The position numbers and the translations under genes are program-made. Positions 62,636 to 64,000 of a DNA stretch of 64,000 nt are shown here, piece after piece. The DNA lies in assembly GCA_001687465.1 (NCBI GenBank), contig LVLI01000098.1, forward strand, positions 124,001 to 188,000, in the 5' to 3' direction. The stretch comes from Halocafeteria seosinensis. Taxonomy: Eukaryota. Under the pieces are notes generated by a model. The model did not search any database and had not been told where the DNA came from. It saw only the letters and a list, made by a program, of their open reading frames with translations. Each line of letters starts with the position of its first letter. Positions within the stretch are counted from its first letter, which is position 1.

Positions 62636-64000
62636 TTATTGATCATTAGCTAATGCCGACGCTGAAACGGCGGATGGGGATTCTTCGTCTGCAGCGATGA
62701 CGCTAGCGGAAACCAACTTCTTGAATTCCTGCACATTCATTATTTCCTCTTCAATTGTGTCCTTCGCTATAAGACGGTTCACGAACACTGTTTGTTTCTG
62801 TCCTAGACGATGTGCCCGATCCATAGCTTGGAGATCATTGAATGGGTTCCAGCTATGATCGATAAAGACGACGATGTTCGCAGATGCCAAATTGAGCCCT
62901 AAGTTACCAACTCCAGTCGTTAGCAGCATGAGCTTGATCTCAGAATTCTCATTAAACTCCCTCGCACGGTTTTGGCGTTCTGTCACTGGAGTGCCCCCAT
63001 CAATCCGGGAGTACTTCACGGATGGGAAGTACTGTTTCAAGAGCTTTGTCTCTACTGCATCCAGCATTGCCGGAAATCGAGAAAATATCAAGAGCTTTTG
63101 CACAGGGGTTTCCTCCTCTTTGCTATCAGTTACCCGCCTAGTGGTTGTCACAAGCGTTGATTGGACAGCTTCATGAGCCATCTTCGAATGTACAAGGTTA
63201 TCTGTATCTAAACCGGATCCGACATCTTTCCACTCCAAGGGTTTCTTCCCGGTGCCCGATTTCTTCCTGGAACCATTTGTAGCGTCCGTCGATTCATTGC
63301 TTTGGACATATACAGCCGGATCCCTACCAAGACATGCATTCTGTATAATATCCTCCAGAGCTTGCAGCTTGCTTGACGTGCTAATGTCAGTTTCACTGGA
63401 GGTGTCACCATCGGCCGAGGGTAAAGCAGCGTCGTTACAGATATATTGAAGCTTCCGCAAATTTGATAATGTTTCTGTTCCGCCCGATTTCTCTTGAGAT
63501 TTCCTGCTTTCATGGGCACGGCGAAGATCTGCGGTCATTTCTTCGTTACAGTGTTTTTGATACAATTCTCTCTGTTTCTTGGACAATTCCACGGTAACAT
63601 CCTGGATGACCTTTGGGGGTAGTTCTTCCAGGACCTGATCCTTCGTTCTCCGTAGCACAAGCCCCTTCATTTGGTAATGCAGTTTCTTTAGCGCATCATT
63701 GGCAGCTTTCAATTGAGACTCATCTTTTGCACAGTGCCGTGCGGTTGATACAGGCTTCTCGAAACTGAGCGGCATAAACTCGTGGTTAGAGATTTTACAC
63801 AGACCAATGCAAGTATCAGGGTTCAAACTTACTTCATCCGGAATGATTTTTTATCCCCCAGATAACCTGGCATCAAGAAATCAAAAATGGACCATATATC
63901 CGACAAGGAGTTCTGAATGGGAGTCCCAGTTAGGGCAATCCTACTACTGGCAGGCACTTGTTTAATGCAAGTCGCGATTTTTGTCGTCGGATTTGATATA
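62636..64000 (-). CDS. MOT1: SNF2-family ATPase, Mot1/BTAF1-like, C-terminal part (5' end outside the window)
   Basis: LTGTPIQN, WSIFDFLMPGYLG, LHYQM..LRRTKDQVL.ELPPKVIQD, LLTTGVGNLGLNL, WNPFNDLQAMDRAHRLGQK, LIAKDTIEE. Confidence 0.9.

Noticed and set aside
1..64000. tRNA, rRNA, CRISPR arrays, prokaryotic operons or defence systems
   Set aside because: No cloverleaf, rRNA-like block or repeat-spacer array seen by eye, and the DNA is spliceosomal-intron-rich eukaryotic sequence. tRNAscan-SE and Infernal would be needed to exclude small RNAs.

Overview
Gene-dense eukaryotic nuclear DNA with many short (about 55-100 nt) GT-AG introns. The gene set suggests a flagellated protist, probably a stramenopile; this is inference, not a database result. 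Recognisable spliced housekeeping genes: glutathionyl-hydroquinone reductase, GlcNAc-6-P deacetylase, Mn/Fe SOD, sulfite oxidase, Yip1, AMP deaminase, PDCD5, glyoxalase II, TMEM209-like, eIF3j, TPPP/p25-alpha-like, ELMO-domain, and a Mot1-like SNF2 ATPase cut off at the window end. The first 10 kb holds orphan or accessory genes. Main points of interest: (1) a predicted 1655-aa protein joining an unannotated N-terminal domain, a pseudo-receiver (Asp to Glu), a nucleophile-less alpha/beta hydrolase, six IQ motifs, a coiled coil, SAM and ankyrin repeats; (2) an 872-bp non-autonomous hAT element with perfect 17-bp TIRs, an 8-bp TSD and a frameshifted BED finger; (3) a chimeric NDUFS7/PSST plus HMMR/KIF15-like pseudogene; (4) convergent genes whose stop codons are 2 nt and 13 nt apart; (5) several spliced genes the ORF track misses. 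I saw no rRNA, tRNA or CRISPR array. All exon models and family assignments were made by eye and are unverified.
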